IMG/VR virus record: IMGVR_UViG_3300041405_000060
Coordinates: 1 to 64,000 of that record
Strand: one strand, 5' to 3'
Source of the DNA: a virus
DNA: 64,000 nt
Both the position numbers and the translations under genes were made by a program. Of this stretch, positions 46,183 to 56,017 are shown piece after piece. Position 1 is the first letter of the stretch, and each line of letters opens with the position of its first letter. The notes beneath the pieces were generated by a model. The model did not search any database. It was not told the DNA's origin and worked only from the letters and a program-made list of their open reading frames with translations.

Positions 46183-47013
46183 TTACCGCATGTAGCTTGG
46201 ACGGCGAACAGCAGGACGACGTTCCCAACCCAGATTACGGATCAGGTCAGATACATCCATGTGGTCAGCAGATTCCAGACCTAAAGCTTTACGCTTCTCG
46301 GCTTCGTCTTGCATGCCCCACAAAGTAGTCGGGTTGATAACCATCTCGGTCTCTTGGAAGGATTCCAAAGCAGGCGAGTTATGTTTACCAGCCATGTAGA
46401 TGCCACCTTCACCCACGAAGTCCCAAGTAGAGATCTCACGGGTATACTTGATGCCACGCATTACGTCGTCTTGTGTGATCGAACGTACGGAGCAATAAGT
46501 ATTGATGTGTGGGTTAGTGATCGAGTCTTCGAACACTTTGGCATACGGACCATGAGGACGAACCTCAGCGATAACCAGTTTGCATGGACGACCATTTTCG
46601 TCTTTACCGTCGATGATAGTCAGTGCACGGATATGAGCACAAACACGGTCATCATCGATCTTACGAATACGGTTGAGGTATTCACGGTCATCCATGTAAC
46701 GTTTACATTTCTCACCGTCTTTCAGAACCCATTCCCAGGGCTCAGGATGTTTGAACTCCATGTACAGTACTTGCTTGAGCAAGCGACGCATCAATGGAGA
46801 ACCGGGTTCGAACATCGAAACACCGGAAGCGGCATCGTAAAACATACCGGCAGAGTTGTGAGTGCCATAAGCACCAACGCAGAGAGTGTAATACCCATCT
46901 GCATCAGGAGTCAGTACACCCTTCTTACCACCGGCAGTCAGAAGACTACCGCTAATACGAACTTGGTTACCGGCTTGCTTCTGGACACCAAAAAGATCGT
47001 GAGCAGCGCCCAT
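46183..47013 (-). CDS. Prohead (head maturation) serine protease (phiKZ gp175-like)
   Basis: YMEFKHP (His), CSVRS (Ser), TWDFVGEGG; C-terminal ALE/GLE self-cleavage motifs. Confidence 0.85.
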   Translation of the reverse strand: MGAAHDLFGVQKQAGNQVRISGSLLTAGGKKGVLTPDADGYYTLCVGAYGTHNSAGMFYDAASGVSMFEPGSPLMRRLLKQVLYMEFKHPEPWEWVLKDGEKCKRYMDDREYLNRIRKIDDDRVCAHIRALTIIDGKDENGRPCKLVIAEVRPHGPYAKVFEDSITNPHINTYCSVRSITQDDVMRGIKYTREISTWDFVGEGGIYMAGKHNSPALESFQETEMVINPTTLWGMQDEAEKRKALGLESADHMDVSDLIRNLGWERRPAVRRPSYMR

Positions 47014-47024
47014 AGTGGTGTTCC

Positions 47025-47738
47025 TTATGTACGGAGGATTTCTTCAATCAGTTCTACGGATTCGCTAGGGTTCACTACCGCTGTGTTAATAGCGTCAGGG
47101 AAATATGCACCGTTCAATCGGCTAGTAGTATCAGAGGTGTTCCAAACTACAGAGCGGAAAGGAATGACTTTCGGTGGATTAAGTACAACGTCATCATGCT
47201 TGTTCAAAATGTGACGGTACAGTCGAGTCAGATCATCTTTATCTCGAGCAGTCGTCGAGATAATAAGTTCCAGAATTGCACGAGAGCCCAGGTTAACACC
47301 AGCGTGATGATACGCGGTCTCAAACATCTTGGCCATGTCGTAGTAGTTCATATACCATGGAATGTTTCCCTTCGCAACGAGTTCGTCGTAAAGGTAGTAT
47401 GTCAGGGTATCGTTCACTACTAGGTGGTTGTTCACAAACACTACATCACCTGGTTCAAAAGAGAACTCAAAGTAATCAGTACCACGAACCGTGATCTTCT
47501 TAGTAGAACTAGGACGGATCTGCATCATTGCAATTGTGTTGTCGACACCGTAGTATTCGTCGTTTACGATGATTGCATAGAAACCGACGATATAGACTTC
47601 AGAACCTAGGATCGCTAGGTCCTTATTCTGAAATCGGACGGGGACATGAATCTTCATGGGAGCATCTGTTACGGTACTCCCATTTTCTTGACGATGAAGA
47701 TGTTCGAATACACGCTTTGCATCACGTGTTAGTTCCAT
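47025..47738 (-). CDS. Conserved protein (phiKZ gp176-like)
   Basis: 237 aa; GNIPWYMNY motif; synteny. Confidence 0.6.
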   Translation of the reverse strand: MELTRDAKRVFEHLHRQENGSTVTDAPMKIHVPVRFQNKDLAILGSEVYIVGFYAIIVNDEYYGVDNTIAMMQIRPSSTKKITVRGTDYFEFSFEPGDVVFVNNHLVVNDTLTYYLYDELVAKGNIPWYMNYYDMAKMFETAYHHAGVNLGSRAILELIISTTARDKDDLTRLYRHILNKHDDVVLNPPKVIPFRSVVWNTSDTTSRLNGAYFPDAINTAVVNPSESVELIEEILRT

Positions 47739-47741
47739 CGG

Positions 47742-47969
47742 TTACCCCTTGATCTTTTTCTCAACACTTGCGAGATCAGCTTTGAATTTCTTCAAAGCCT
47801 TAGCGTTATCGTCTTCATCGGACAGATACCAGGATTCGCAAATGGTATCATAAATACGTTCTAGCTTATCGTCACCCGCGGATAACTTGTTCAGTTCTTC
47901 CATGCGGGTAATCAATGGTTCCATCTCTTTTGGAAATGTAGTGGCTAGAATACGTACACGGGTTGACAT
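47742..47969 (-). CDS. Hypothetical protein
   Basis: 75 aa ORF in operon. Confidence 0.5.
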   Translation of the reverse strand: MSTRVRILATTFPKEMEPLITRMEELNKLSAGDDKLERIYDTICESWYLSDEDDNAKALKKFKADLASVEKKIKG

Positions 47970-48001
47970 GCAACCCGCTTTATGGATACGTTGATCAAGG
48001 G

Positions 48002-49630
48002 TTAGAACTTTCCCGAATGGGCTTCTGTGCTAACATCACCAGCTTCAGCGTCAGCTGCATCAAGAGCGTCAGCTTCGCCATTGCCTTCTTCTACCAAAGG
48101 ACCTTCACCAGTGCTAGCGTCAGCAATTGCTTCTTCCGCTTCACCACCAGTAGGCTCTTCTAGAGGCTGTGCTGGAGCTTCCATTGCATCAGGCTTAAAC
48201 CGGTCGACCATGATCTGCGAACCTGCCCAAACAGCGTACAGAGACAGCAGAGCTTGGGTAGACAGTTCACGACGAGAGACGTTAGGATCTTTCTGACCGA
48301 ACTGATCCATCAAACACATGTATTCCCAGTAAGTAGATTCTGGGAAGTAGATCTGGCAGATCAAAGAACCGAACGACAGGAATTCGTTTTCCAATTGCTC
48401 TGGACGAACCTTACGGATAGCGTCAACAATCTTCTCACGCAGACCATCTACTTGCATCTCAGCAAGCGTACCGGTTTGTGCTTGCTCATAGAAAGCTTCG
48501 ATCATGTCTTTACGACGGGAACGCTCAGCATTATCAGCAGCAGCTTGTTGGATCAGTGGATAAACGTTTTGGAACTTCTGAATGAAGTAAGCTTTGCGTT
48601 CTTCCAGACGGGCCAGTGTTTGAGTACCTTCTGTTTCCAGAGCAGAACCCATGACAGCAGCCAGGTCACCTTTAGCAGCTTTCCATTGTGCTTCTACGTC
48701 ACCGTTCAGCCATACAACCAGACGACGGTTCTCAACAGCATTAGCTGCTTCTGAACGCAGGATGAATACACCGTTACGTTGATCTTCAGCACGACGCTGA
48801 TAAGCACGCAGCAAATATGCACCCAGCATTTCGTGGAGCATCCGCATAACGTGTACCCACTCTTCCAGACCAACCGATTCACCGATGACGTCTACCGGGT
48901 TCTCACCCAGATGACCACACAGGAAGTAAGCCAGTAGCAGCGCATCAACGTTGAATGGAGCATTGGTGCCCACAACGAAAGACAGCTCACCAACAGTCAG
49001 AGCTTTGTTACGGTTAAACAGATCGGAGAACGTACGGGCAATTACTTCCGGTTCAACTTTCAGCAACCACTCAGTAACTTGTTCACGCTCAGCATGTGGG
49101 TTGTTGATCGAGACCATTTCGATGATCTGTTCAACGCTAACAGCAGGCAGGATGAAAGTACGGTATTGCGGTTGTGGACTGACGTTGACGTAGTTCTGCA
49201 GATGAGAGGTCAGACGTGGTTCCGAGTGAACTGGGTCGTAACGGAAGAAGTCAGCACGTACGTCAGCCGAGGTTGAAACTTTTTGACGCTCGTTGAAATC
49301 ACGAACCATCGAATCAATACCTGGAACAACAACGTTGGCTACGTTGAACTGGATTTTACCCAGTGCAGCCGCAACCAAATCAACCATGCTGGTGTTGTCT
49401 TCTTCAACGGTAGGTAGTTGCTCTTCATTCATCTCTTCGAAGTGTTCTTCTACAGAGGCGGTGAGTTCTTCAGTAACAGGAGCAGCTGAAGGGGCTTCGT
49501 CTACAGCGTAGCCGCTAGCGAACTGAGCAATAGGAAACTCAGGATTCGTAACAACCAGCACTTGACTGCTTTCAGTCAGTTGCTGTGCAATCAGTTTTAC
49601 CGACTGCACGGTAGTGGCGATATCAGACAT
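48002..49630 (-). CDS. Head-associated protein (phiKZ gp177-like)
   Basis: 542 aa with acidic termini; synteny. Confidence 0.6.
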   Translation of the reverse strand: MSDIATTVQSVKLIAQQLTESSQVLVVTNPEFPIAQFASGYAVDEAPSAAPVTEELTASVEEHFEEMNEEQLPTVEEDNTSMVDLVAAALGKIQFNVANVVVPGIDSMVRDFNERQKVSTSADVRADFFRYDPVHSEPRLTSHLQNYVNVSPQPQYRTFILPAVSVEQIIEMVSINNPHAEREQVTEWLLKVEPEVIARTFSDLFNRNKALTVGELSFVVGTNAPFNVDALLLAYFLCGHLGENPVDVIGESVGLEEWVHVMRMLHEMLGAYLLRAYQRRAEDQRNGVFILRSEAANAVENRRLVVWLNGDVEAQWKAAKGDLAAVMGSALETEGTQTLARLEERKAYFIQKFQNVYPLIQQAAADNAERSRRKDMIEAFYEQAQTGTLAEMQVDGLREKIVDAIRKVRPEQLENEFLSFGSLICQIYFPESTYWEYMCLMDQFGQKDPNVSRRELSTQALLSLYAVWAGSQIMVDRFKPDAMEAPAQPLEEPTGGEAEEAIADASTGEGPLVEEGNGEADALDAADAEAGDVSTEAHSGKF

Positions 49631-49640
49631 GATGTTTCCT

Positions 49641-49859
49641 TTAAATTGCGAGATGTTTAGCGATACGGGCAGCCAGGGCTTCCTGGATGTCTTGCTTGGT
49701 TAAGAATACCCCGTTAATAGTAGACGAAGTATGTTCACCGCCGAGGATCTTGAGGATGGCCTCAGAACCCAATTCGACAGCGGCAGACAGAATCGAAAGA
49801 TTCTGCCCGTGTGCGATGTTATTACTTAGATTTTGCATTTGCGGTTCCTCTGTAGACAC
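49641..49859 (-). CDS. Hypothetical protein
   Basis: 72 aa (start may be the internal MQNL, after GAGG). Confidence 0.5.
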   Translation of the reverse strand: MSTEEPQMQNLSNNIAHGQNLSILSAAVELGSEAILKILGGEHTSSTINGVFLTKQDIQEALAARIAKHLAI

Positions 49860-52800
49860 CTACCAGGTGCTTGGACAATTCAGCGAGAAGAATAGTTGTG
49901 GTTCCGATGAGTTTAGGACTCAGTACCATCCGCTCTTCTACGGATGTGTTACCGAAGATCAGATCGATGTCCAAACCGGATTTGGTTTGGTTAACGCCAC
50001 GCATGACTCGGGAGAATACAGTTTTCATTTGGTTAGCAACTACACCTTTGTCACCGACACCACAAGGGATATCGTGATCGATGTAAACGTTGATTACCAA
50101 TGACTGTGGTTCGAGACCATTACCACGGATGCGGTATTCATGATCCACTTCACCACTGAAGTATTCCAGTCCACGAGACTTAGCTTCTGCTTCACGAACC
50201 TTATCAGATTCGAAAGCAATGCGACGCAGTGAATCGGACATCTCATCACGATCACCGTGATAGAAGACTTCGACTTTAGACACTACACCGACGACCTTCG
50301 CACGAGGGGAATAGTTAGAGAGCTTCGCGAGTGTTTCACGCGATACCTCATCAAACACTGAGCCACCACCCGAGTCGGGGTCTTTAATCGTACATAGAAT
50401 TGAATCCAAGTCTACACGATCCCCAGCTTTCACCATGTTTTCGATGTTCTGTTCGAACTTCACAGCGATCGATTTGATCTTGGAAGTCTGAGTGTTCATC
50501 TTAATAGCACAGCGCTCAGAAATAACCGAGCCGTCTTCTAGAGTATCCAAGTTGTCACTGAATGCAACGACTGTGTTGATACCCGCTTTCCAAATTACCT
50601 GTCCTGGGGACATGCGGTCTGGAGTGAAGTACTTCTCGTTATAAGCCAGAGTCTGACCACGCTTAAACGTATCACCTGCTTTCAGATCGGAGATGATGGA
50701 GTGAGGGTAGTGGGTACCGGCTGCACTTCCGTGGATCTTACCCATTTGGTACGACGTAGTTTCACCATTAGCGTACTCGACAGTAATCCCGTACTCATCA
50801 ACGGCAATAACCTTACCGTCATCTTCCGCCGCAGAAGCAAAGATGCTACTAGTGCGCTGGGCAACAATTTGCTCATAGCCTGTCCGAAGTGGAGTGGGCT
50901 CATATCCATCAGCATAAATCCCTTGTTGTTGTTGAATCGAGATGAAGTTGATACGCTTAGTATCGTCGTTCGTTGTAGCCACACCCAACAGTGCACAAGT
51001 CGACAGTTGTCGAGCAGGACCATCTTGCGTTGGATCGAACGGACGAGTCGTACCACGCATCGAGTTGAAGTTAGCATCCGGAGTCAGGTAAGCAATTACA
51101 CCTACGTCACCGGAGTCAACTGTAGACTCAGATACAACACCAACGTCAGCTTGTCCATATACACGAGTACGTGCAACCATCGATGTAGTAGAACGACCAC
51201 CATCGCCACGATAAGTCATCGACTCTTGTTCCCGGATGTTAGCCATCGGGTTAGAGTCTTCTACAACCATCACGGTAGGATCTTGAGCGATCTTCTTCCA
51301 AACAACCGAAGGGTCCATTTGTACTTGAACAGCAGCAGAACCTGTAGAACCGTTAAAGCGTTTCACGGCTTTGTTCAGCTCGTTGTACACCGTACCTGCC
51401 ATACGCTCATAGCCACGATAACGCATGTAAGCACCGTCTACCTCGGAAGGCGACCAGTCAATCAGCAGCATATCTACAGCTCGATACAGCAAGGCATCAA
51501 ACGTAGTAGGTTCACCCATCTGTTTCAACAGACCTTCAGTAATCGGGTCCATCCAGGCAGCAAACAATGCATCGATCTCTTTTGTGAATCGTGCAGTCAT
51601 CCCAGTTTCCAACAGGAGACGCTGATACACATCGGGCTTATCGAAATCGTAGATAGAGAAGTTAGGCATCAACTTAGCATACCGACGCATACCACCCAGT
51701 ACGAGTTGTGTCCGATAGTCAGCACGATCAAATACCAACACTTCGTCTTGGAAAGCCATGACATAGTTATCGGAAGTCAATGGAATACGTTCACCACGTT
51801 TGTGACGGGTGTACTTCGCATTCAATCGTTTCAACGTAGCTGTCAAACCGTACTTGTAGCCAAACACAAATGCCATCGGTAGTTCTTTCGAACCGACGTT
51901 CATGAACGCACCTTCCAGCGGAGCCTTAGCCTGATCCAAACCTAAGAGTTCAACAATAGAACCCAGTGGCTCAAGATCATCACCTTGCTTCACATAGAAC
52001 TGACCGGTCTTATCAATCATGATCGGTGCTTTGCCTTTGTGTACCCCAACCATCGTGTACTGATTGGTCTCGTGCTTAGTAGCATCGATCTTGTACTTGG
52101 ATTGGAAGTAGTCGATATGGTCATCGAACTTGAAGTACAGGAACATAGGGCCAGAAGTGAAACCACGGAATGCAGAACCCAGCTGTGTGTAAACGCGTGG
52201 GAGAGCGTATGCGGACTGATCGAGCTCAGCGTAGAGAACGCCAGTGATACGATCATCATTAGGGTCTAGAGCACGCTCACGAACCTGACGGGTAATCCAT
52301 GCATCGTAGTTGTGCGCAGCCAAATGCGAACGAGTAACAAACGTCTTGTTGTAGTACGAAGTCATCGCTACTGTGTCAGGCTTCACCTTACGGATCGGCA
52401 AGTCAGCACGCTGCATACGCATCCGGTAAGTAACACCGTTCGAGATGAAACGTCCATCACGATCTACAACAGGGATACGGAAATACACAGTACCCGGTTT
52501 GCCACGAATAGGCTTCAAGGTTACTTTGTGGATCTCGTAGTGGTTCATTGCGTTACGCACTTCTTCCACTTCGTAGTTCGTTACCGACGTACCTTGCTTC
52601 TGTACCGACAGTACCGCTTGGATGATATCTTTCTTACGCAGAGACGTCTGATACTTACGTGTCATCGCCTTAAGCTTGGAACCCAACATGGACTTATCGA
52701 GAATAGTATCCGAGTCAGCCAGTTGTGTATCGGCAGGTAGTTCAAAGTCTTCCTGCTTATATTCCATCGCTTCTTCTAAAGACAAACCCGAACCGAAAGG

Positions 52801-54309
52801 ATCTTTGATGGTCTTGTAGGACTGCGCATCCGTTAGAGCTTGTTCGAACGTACGTGGGGCAATGATACCCAACTTGTACAGTTCGTATGCAGGTTGTGCA
52901 ACACCAGCTACTACCGGGACGGCTTCAGCCACTTCAGGAGGGATGGCATCCACTCGTTGAGTTTCAACCTTAAGCTCCCGTGGCCGATGAACCAGTTCAG
53001 GATCACTTTCAATTTGGAGCTTCGTTGTGAAGAGCTCTGCATCCGGCGGGTTATAAGTCGCTCCATCTTCGGAGAAGTCGAGACTAGGGATACTAAAGGC
53101 AGGGATTTCGAACGAGTCTTCTGCTTGAGCAGTGTCGACTTTGTCATCCTCACTGCCATGTTCACTTTCGTGATCTTCGCTGTCGTCTTCATCTTCGTCA
53201 TGTTTCTTACCGTTCCCGTTCTCTTCTTCCACGTCAACCAAATTAGAATGGTCGATAACGTTAGAGAGAGCTTCCGCCTGATGGCTATATTCTGTCATGG
53301 CTGTCAGCAAAGACAACACACGACGTTGCATGACCAATGGAGGGAAGAATGCTTCCATACCCAGAGCGTCAATGAATGTCTCTTGAGAAACCTGGTTGGT
53401 CAGACCGTACTCTTGCATAACCGAGTGGATGTGGTTAAAGGCTGGTTGTTCGTCTTCACGGATATCTTCGAAACCCATGTCGAATACTTGCTTACCAAAC
53501 TTGTTGATAAACTCTTCGACCGAGATATCGGCTTCTACGTCTTTCGAACCATCACGCCATTCATCCAGTGCACCCATGTTCAACACAACGAACCGATCAC
53601 GAGCACGAATCAAGAACCAGATCTTGTTGTACATATCCGGCTGAACAACCGACATCATCGATTGATCACGCTGTGGACCTAACCAACGATACAGATCCCA
53701 AATAGAGAACTGTTGTGGAGTAGTGAAATGTTCCAGCATGGTTTGGTTCTGATTGTCTGACATCCGTTTAAAGGAAGCCAGGTCAGGCATTTGATCTGGT
53801 AGGTGGATCTCTACAAATTGCTCCCAACCGAAACGACGATGGGAAGCGGCAACGTTTTGCCAGAACGTACGCTGGTTGTTAGACCAACGCAAGAACGATG
53901 CTTTGAAGTTAGCCTGGTAGATCCATTGTGGGTCCAGCAGGTTGTAGTTGTAAACCAAGATGTTGAGAGGGTTGATTGACAACGCCTCATCTTTAGTCAG
54001 TGGTTTGAAAAAAGCATGGTGCTGACGGAACTCAGCTTGAAGCTTAGTCCCTGTCAGTGCTGACTTCCGAGGATTGCCCTCAGTCGATACCAGATTCAGT
54101 ACATGTTCAATGTACACTTTACCGGTAGCTTTGTTGAACATCGGATCGGACTGCGACGGTCCGCGGACCGCCGTGTTAGGATCAGAGAAGTGAACAATCG
54201 ACCGTTGTGGTAGAAAGAACTTGTTCAACAGGTGTAGCTTGGGTTGTTGGAGTTTGCCCTGTTCGAAGACAGTATACTGTTTCCGAAATTGTTCGATCTG
54301 TAAGCGCAT
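49822..54309 (-). CDS. Virion RNA polymerase beta subunit, N-terminal/main piece (phiKZ gp178-like)
   Basis: GDGGRS, SESTVDSGDVG, DDTKR, LEDGSVIS, GDK...NQMKTV RpoB-homologous motifs. Confidence 0.9.
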   Translation of the reverse strand: MRLQIEQFRKQYTVFEQGKLQQPKLHLLNKFFLPQRSIVHFSDPNTAVRGPSQSDPMFNKATGKVYIEHVLNLVSTEGNPRKSALTGTKLQAEFRQHHAFFKPLTKDEALSINPLNILVYNYNLLDPQWIYQANFKASFLRWSNNQRTFWQNVAASHRRFGWEQFVEIHLPDQMPDLASFKRMSDNQNQTMLEHFTTPQQFSIWDLYRWLGPQRDQSMMSVVQPDMYNKIWFLIRARDRFVVLNMGALDEWRDGSKDVEADISVEEFINKFGKQVFDMGFEDIREDEQPAFNHIHSVMQEYGLTNQVSQETFIDALGMEAFFPPLVMQRRVLSLLTAMTEYSHQAEALSNVIDHSNLVDVEEENGNGKKHDEDEDDSEDHESEHGSEDDKVDTAQAEDSFEIPAFSIPSLDFSEDGATYNPPDAELFTTKLQIESDPELVHRPRELKVETQRVDAIPPEVAEAVPVVAGVAQPAYELYKLGIIAPRTFEQALTDAQSYKTIKDPFGSGLSLEEAMEYKQEDFELPADTQLADSDTILDKSMLGSKLKAMTRKYQTSLRKKDIIQAVLSVQKQGTSVTNYEVEEVRNAMNHYEIHKVTLKPIRGKPGTVYFRIPVVDRDGRFISNGVTYRMRMQRADLPIRKVKPDTVAMTSYYNKTFVTRSHLAAHNYDAWITRQVRERALDPNDDRITGVLYAELDQSAYALPRVYTQLGSAFRGFTSGPMFLYFKFDDHIDYFQSKYKIDATKHETNQYTMVGVHKGKAPIMIDKTGQFYVKQGDDLEPLGSIVELLGLDQAKAPLEGAFMNVGSKELPMAFVFGYKYGLTATLKRLNAKYTRHKRGERIPLTSDNYVMAFQDEVLVFDRADYRTQLVLGGMRRYAKLMPNFSIYDFDKPDVYQRLLLETGMTARFTKEIDALFAAWMDPITEGLLKQMGEPTTFDALLYRAVDMLLIDWSPSEVDGAYMRYRGYERMAGTVYNELNKAVKRFNGSTGSAAVQVQMDPSVVWKKIAQDPTVMVVEDSNPMANIREQESMTYRGDGGRSTTSMVARTRVYGQADVGVVSESTVDSGDVGVIAYLTPDANFNSMRGTTRPFDPTQDGPARQLSTCALLGVATTNDDTKRINFISIQQQQGIYADGYEPTPLRTGYEQIVAQRTSSIFASAAEDDGKVIAVDEYGITVEYANGETTSYQMGKIHGSAAGTHYPHSIISDLKAGDTFKRGQTLAYNEKYFTPDRMSPGQVIWKAGINTVVAFSDNLDTLEDGSVISERCAIKMNTQTSKIKSIAVKFEQNIENMVKAGDRVDLDSILCTIKDPDSGGGSVFDEVSRETLAKLSNYSPRAKVVGVVSKVEVFYHGDRDEMSDSLRRIAFESDKVREAEAKSRGLEYFSGEVDHEYRIRGNGLEPQSLVINVYIDHDIPCGVGDKGVVANQMKTVFSRVMRGVNQTKSGLDIDLIFGNTSVEERMVLSPKLIGTTTILLAELSKHLVGVYRGTANAKSK

Positions 54310-54311
54310 GT

Positions 54312-55964
54312 TTAGGTCCTTGGTTTTGGATCGCCAGTCATATACCGGAGCACGAGGTTAACGGTGTGAATAGTAGAACGGAATGCCAGTCCACCTTCAG
54401 CATCGGTATACGCGATACGAGAACGGAAGAACTTATCGATTTCTGCAAGAGCTTCTTTCGAGTAAACAATGTTTACCGATACGGTGTCACCGTCAAAGTC
54501 AGCGCCGAGCGGAGAAAGGATCGCTGGTGATACAGACGTAGAGTCGTGCCACTGTGCAGTCTTACCGACTTCAAGCATTGGGTATTCAAATGCCACCGGT
54601 CCAGTAACGTCACGTTTGAAGTCAGGACCGAGTGGATAGCGAAGTTCACCAGTAACCGTTGTCTTAACGTAGATAGACACCGGAATAGAACTGTTGTAGT
54701 TTTCTACGGGGTAACGAGTAACGAACCCACGCAGTTTGTACCACATACTTAATCCACCAAGGTAGATGAGTTCAGCATAGGTAATCGGACGGGCCCACTT
54801 CTGATCAAAGCCAGCTGGGATTTCATTGATGTCTCTGAGGATTCGATAGTTCTTCTTATCATCCAGATAAACCAATGCTAGGTAATGTCCAGCAATCTCA
54901 ACAGCACGAGAACGTTTGTCAATAACTTCCAGTTCGTTCATGACTCGCTCTAGACCCTGAGGTGTAGACCAAGTATCCATGTCGTCAACGGATACATCAA
55001 CCCACTCTTTGACCAACGTCTTCTTATTAACCAGCTCAACCCGGTTAGACATGGTTTCAAAGATCTCACCAATGATACCAGTCCGAAGACCATAGATCGT
55101 TTTAGGAGCAGCACCACGAGATGCTTGGTGCAAACCGATCACACAGTCTTTAAACTTAGGTCGGTTAGGTTCACCCAAGTCAGCTGCGTTAGTATCCATC
55201 GAGGAGATAACGTTACGAGTACCGTTGAATACACGGCGAGAAGCCCACTTCGATTGTACATAGCCCGACTTACCAGAGATCAGTTTCTCATAGTGGTCGT
55301 AGATCTCTTGTACACGCAGTTGCATTGCAACACGACGTTTGTCATACATGGACAGATCAGCATTCTGACCAAAGTGTTCTGGGATACCAGTAGACTGTTG
55401 GAGCAATACGCGATAGACATCGTTGATCTCATCGTATTCGATTCGACCATCTGGGTTTGGCTCGGCTTCACGATAGGCCGCTGGGATTACCAGCATGGCT
55501 GACATTTCTGAGCGATCACGGTTTTCATTCACAAGCTTCAAACGAACTCGACGGATATCCGAATCAGTTTCTTTAAACTCTACACGCTTCCAGTTATCGA
55601 AGAAGAACGTATAACCGGTTTGACCATCTAGTTCCGATGCTTTAACGAAGTCTTTTAGTTCTTCATCAAACACAGCGTATTGACGACCCAGCAAGATCTC
55701 TTCATAGAAACCTTTAAGCTTCAGGATGTTGCGATAAACCAAGGGATGGATTACAGGGAGACCCAACTTGATGTAACCGAAGTTACTTTCGCGTTCATGA
55801 CTACCAACCCGTCCAAAAATAGAAACGGAGAACAAACCATCCTCATGGAAGTTGCCCCCATTACCCACGAAGATCTCGTGAGAGGTTACTCGCCCGAGAC
55901 GAGAGAGCATATTTCTGTCGGGAATTAGCAGTGAAATATTGAAAGGTAATAAGGCCTTTTTCAT
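54312..55964 (-). CDS. Virion RNA polymerase beta-prime subunit (phiKZ gp180-like)
   Basis: GLFSVSIFG, FGYIKL...IHP, RRVFNGTRNVI, RYPV, catalytic GADFDGD; ATG 55964 with AAGGA RBS. Confidence 0.92.
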   Translation of the reverse strand: MKKALLPFNISLLIPDRNMLSRLGRVTSHEIFVGNGGNFHEDGLFSVSIFGRVGSHERESNFGYIKLGLPVIHPLVYRNILKLKGFYEEILLGRQYAVFDEELKDFVKASELDGQTGYTFFFDNWKRVEFKETDSDIRRVRLKLVNENRDRSEMSAMLVIPAAYREAEPNPDGRIEYDEINDVYRVLLQQSTGIPEHFGQNADLSMYDKRRVAMQLRVQEIYDHYEKLISGKSGYVQSKWASRRVFNGTRNVISSMDTNAADLGEPNRPKFKDCVIGLHQASRGAAPKTIYGLRTGIIGEIFETMSNRVELVNKKTLVKEWVDVSVDDMDTWSTPQGLERVMNELEVIDKRSRAVEIAGHYLALVYLDDKKNYRILRDINEIPAGFDQKWARPITYAELIYLGGLSMWYKLRGFVTRYPVENYNSSIPVSIYVKTTVTGELRYPLGPDFKRDVTGPVAFEYPMLEVGKTAQWHDSTSVSPAILSPLGADFDGDTVSVNIVYSKEALAEIDKFFRSRIAYTDAEGGLAFRSTIHTVNLVLRYMTGDPKPRT

Positions 55965-56017
55965 CTTTCGGGTCCTTTTGGGGTTAACGATATGAAGTTC
56001 ATGTCTGGAGCTACACC

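Noticed and set aside
46309-53682. Antisense ORFs of 301, 393 and 280 aa
   Set aside because: They lie opposite the protease, gp176-like and RNAP genes and are explained by codon bias
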